The notes beneath the pieces are model-generated. The model had not been told where the DNA came from and did not search any database. It saw only the letters and a list, made by a program, of their open reading frames with translations. This document shows positions 61,609 to 64,000 of a stretch of DNA of 64,000 bases, piece after piece. This DNA is from Balamuthia mandrillaris (taxonomy: Eukaryota): the NCBI GenBank assembly GCA_031835245.2, contig JAVKOQ020000007.1, forward strand, positions 1 to 64,000, in the 5' to 3' direction. The first letter of the stretch is position 1, and every line of letters begins with the position of its first letter. Made by a program: the position numbers and the translations under genes.

Positions 61609-62632
61609 ACTCTCTCTCACCGGTTCTAACTTCGCTTTTCTTCTTTTACTATACAAAGGCGCGCTGTACTGAAGATCGACGAGGGCTGTCCCTCTGATAT
61701 TGCCATCGAGGAGAATACTCGTGGTCTTGCCCGCTACGCTGCTATCTGTCAAGTATGTCTTTCTTTTGTTTCTCTCTTTTTTTTTTCTCCCTTCTCCTCT
61801 TTGTTTTTGTTTTGTTTTAAGTGTTGTTTGTTTGTTAACTGAGTTGTCTTTCTTGTTATATTTTTTTTCTTACCAATCTTGAAAACCCATATTAATAGGA
61901 TAATGGATTAGTGCCCATTGTGGAGCCTGAGATCCTGATGGACGGCGAACACACCATCGAGCAATCTGTTCAGATCACACAAAAGGTGTTGGCTGCCACC
62001 TACAAGGCTCTTCATGATGCCAACGTCCTCCTTGAAGGAACCTTGCTGAAGCCCAACATGGTCCTGCCTGGTACGTGTCTTCTTCTTTGTTCTCATCTTT
62101 TCTGTATCGTCTTTTCATTTGTTATATTTCTTGAGTGACTCATTTCTGTTTTCCTCAACATTATAGGAAGAGACAGAGAGCAACTTCCCCCCGAACAGGT
62201 GGCCCATGCTACCCTCACCGTTCTCTTGCGCACCGTTCCTGCCGCTGTTCCTGGCATCAATGTATTCCTCCCCCTTCTCTGCTTTTTCTTTTTTCAAAAC
62301 ATTAACGTCTCTCTCTCTCTCCCTTTGCTCACTTCAAAAAAACATAGTTCTTGTCTGGAGGACAAAGCGAAGAGGAAGCCAGTCTCAACCTGAACGCAAT
62401 GAACGCCCTACCAATGGCCCGACCCTGGAACGTGAGCTTCAGCTACGGCCGAGCCCTTCAGGCCAGCGCCCTCAAGGCATGGGGCGGCAAGAAGGAGAAC
62501 GAGAAGGCCGGCCAGGAGGCCTTCTTGGAGAGGGCAAAGGCCAACTCGGAGGCCACTCTCGGCAAATACAAGGGCGGCGCGGGTGGCTCCTCTGCCGCCG
62601 AGTCTCTGTTTGTCTCCAACTATCGCTACTAA
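60946..62632 (+). CDS. Fructose-bisphosphate aldolase class I, multi-exon
   Basis: [63 protein letters not shown] and a C-terminal Tyr. Confidence 0.97.
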
Positions 62633-62741
62633 ATATCTGCAATAATCGAAATTATTTGATAAAGAACAAATATCTACTATTTTTGGATTTTTTGATAAAT
62701 AAGCGGATAGTTACAATTATTTGAAAACAGTTAACGATAAT

Positions 62742-63967
62742 TTAACAAAAGGTGATACAGGTGTCCCTCTCGTAGAGAGTGGCGGTGAAGTACAGTGGCG
62801 GGGTGTGGGCTTCTAGCACGCGGTCCCACTGGTAGACGGGCTCCTCGTTCAGGAAGATGGATACGGACAGGGAAGAGTCCTGGTGGTACTGCACCCAGAA
62901 GGAGAGGATGTCGCCGTCGTCGTAGTTCCGCCAGCCGTGCTCTGGCTCTCCTCTTCTGATCACTCCGTTGGAAGTGTAACCATAGTTGAACAGCCGTTTG
63001 TCGAACCCCACAAACTTTTCTTGGTACTATTGTTGTTTGAAATTTGTTGTTAAGAAGAGAAGCAAAGAGGTAGAGAAGAAAGAAGGAAGACAAGGAACAA
63101 AGCAGAAAGATTTAATTATAGAACTAACCGGCCACATGCTGTCCGTAATACCAAACCCAATGTTTGTTCGTGTTTTGCAGAGAACTTTGACCCTGAAGTA
63201 GTGGAAAGGAGCTTGAGCGGGGTTGATACCTTCCTCGGTTTGCAACGATACGTTGCTTTGGGGATACCTCTTAGAGTCGACGGTCGCTTTTCTGCCATCG
63301 GCCGATACATTAACGGTGTCCGCCTTTCTTGTTCGAGACCACTGAACAAGAAGAGGCAGAAGAGAGAGAGAGAGAGTGAGAGAGTTAGAGAGAGCAGCAG
63401 GCAAGTTCAGAGAGAAAATATTTGTAGAAGAAGACAAGGATGCGACAATGAATAGAAAAAGCAAAAGCACGTACATGATGACGTTGATAAAGGCGAATGA
63501 AGATGAGCCTCCACTCCGTTTTGGTCTCCTCACGACATTTGAGCAAAAGGCTCTGCAAAGCAGGCCATCCGGTCAGGCATTTGCTCTTCCACAACCTTTT
63601 ATTTATTGTTTAAAAAAAGTGTTTAACCCGGAAAGAAAGAAAGAAAACGGCAAGAAACCGAGAGGCGTACGTACGATTCATCCTCCGCGATCCGTCTCCA
63701 TTCCTGACTGACGAGCCGCAGCTTGGCGAGGCTGCGTGCCTCCAAGAAAGAGAATATGCAAAGCACTACCTCGTCTCCCACCCCACTCACAAAATCAAAT
63801 CTCTCCGAAACGGTCAAGTTCGACAGTTCATGTTCGCACAACGACGCAGAAGGAAGAAGCGCCTTTCCGTCCTCTTCTTCCTCGGCTTGATTGCTCGCTC
63901 TTAAAGAGGGTCTGCTCCTCTCCTTCTCCTGCTTTTGCTTCTCTTTCCTCTGCGTCTTCTTATGCAT
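62742..63967 (-). CDS. F-box protein with a C-terminal SPRY/B30.2-like domain
   Basis: F-box GDEVVLCIFSFLEARSLAKLRLVSQEWRRIA; SPRY-like HYFRVKV..IGFGI..YGYTSNG..GDILSF..IFLN..LYFTATL. Confidence 0.75.
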
Positions 63968-64000
63968 GTCGATGGGAGGTGGCGGTCGAGACGACGCAAC

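Overview
This is gene-dense, intron-rich eukaryotic nuclear DNA. Short introns with (CT)n/(CTT)n tracts, U12-type introns and the gene content suggest a free-living amoebozoan; that assignment is inference, not shown. About 22 genes can be assembled by hand: an LRR protein, NAD kinase, MiaB/CDK5RAP1, a GT2-GT4 glycosyltransferase, a truncated acyl-CoA-synthetase-like protein, an UNC-93-like transporter, a Skp1-like gene, a NOV/sacsin-type GHKL protein, three tandem SPRY/F-box paralogs, dymeclin, a tyrosine phosphatase, a TMEM45-like protein, a haspin-like kinase, a membrane metallophosphoesterase, an RlmM-like methyltransferase, class I aldolase, an F-box-SPRY protein and a few orphans. Two mobile elements have clear target-site duplications. 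One is a 4.9-kb LINE in an UNC-93 intron, with three ORFs chained by ATGA stop/start overlaps. The other is a 2.8-kb Mutator-like element splitting the Skp1 gene. The most interesting region is 21.7-41.6 kb: Skp1, a NOV-like ATPase ending in an apparently dead PD-(D/E)XK-like domain, and a gene-converting SPRY-SPRY-F-box-Cys/His array whose SPRY starts each carry a minor-spliceosome intron (AT-AC or apparently AT-AA). Gene spans run from first to last codon; exon boundaries are manual and approximate.
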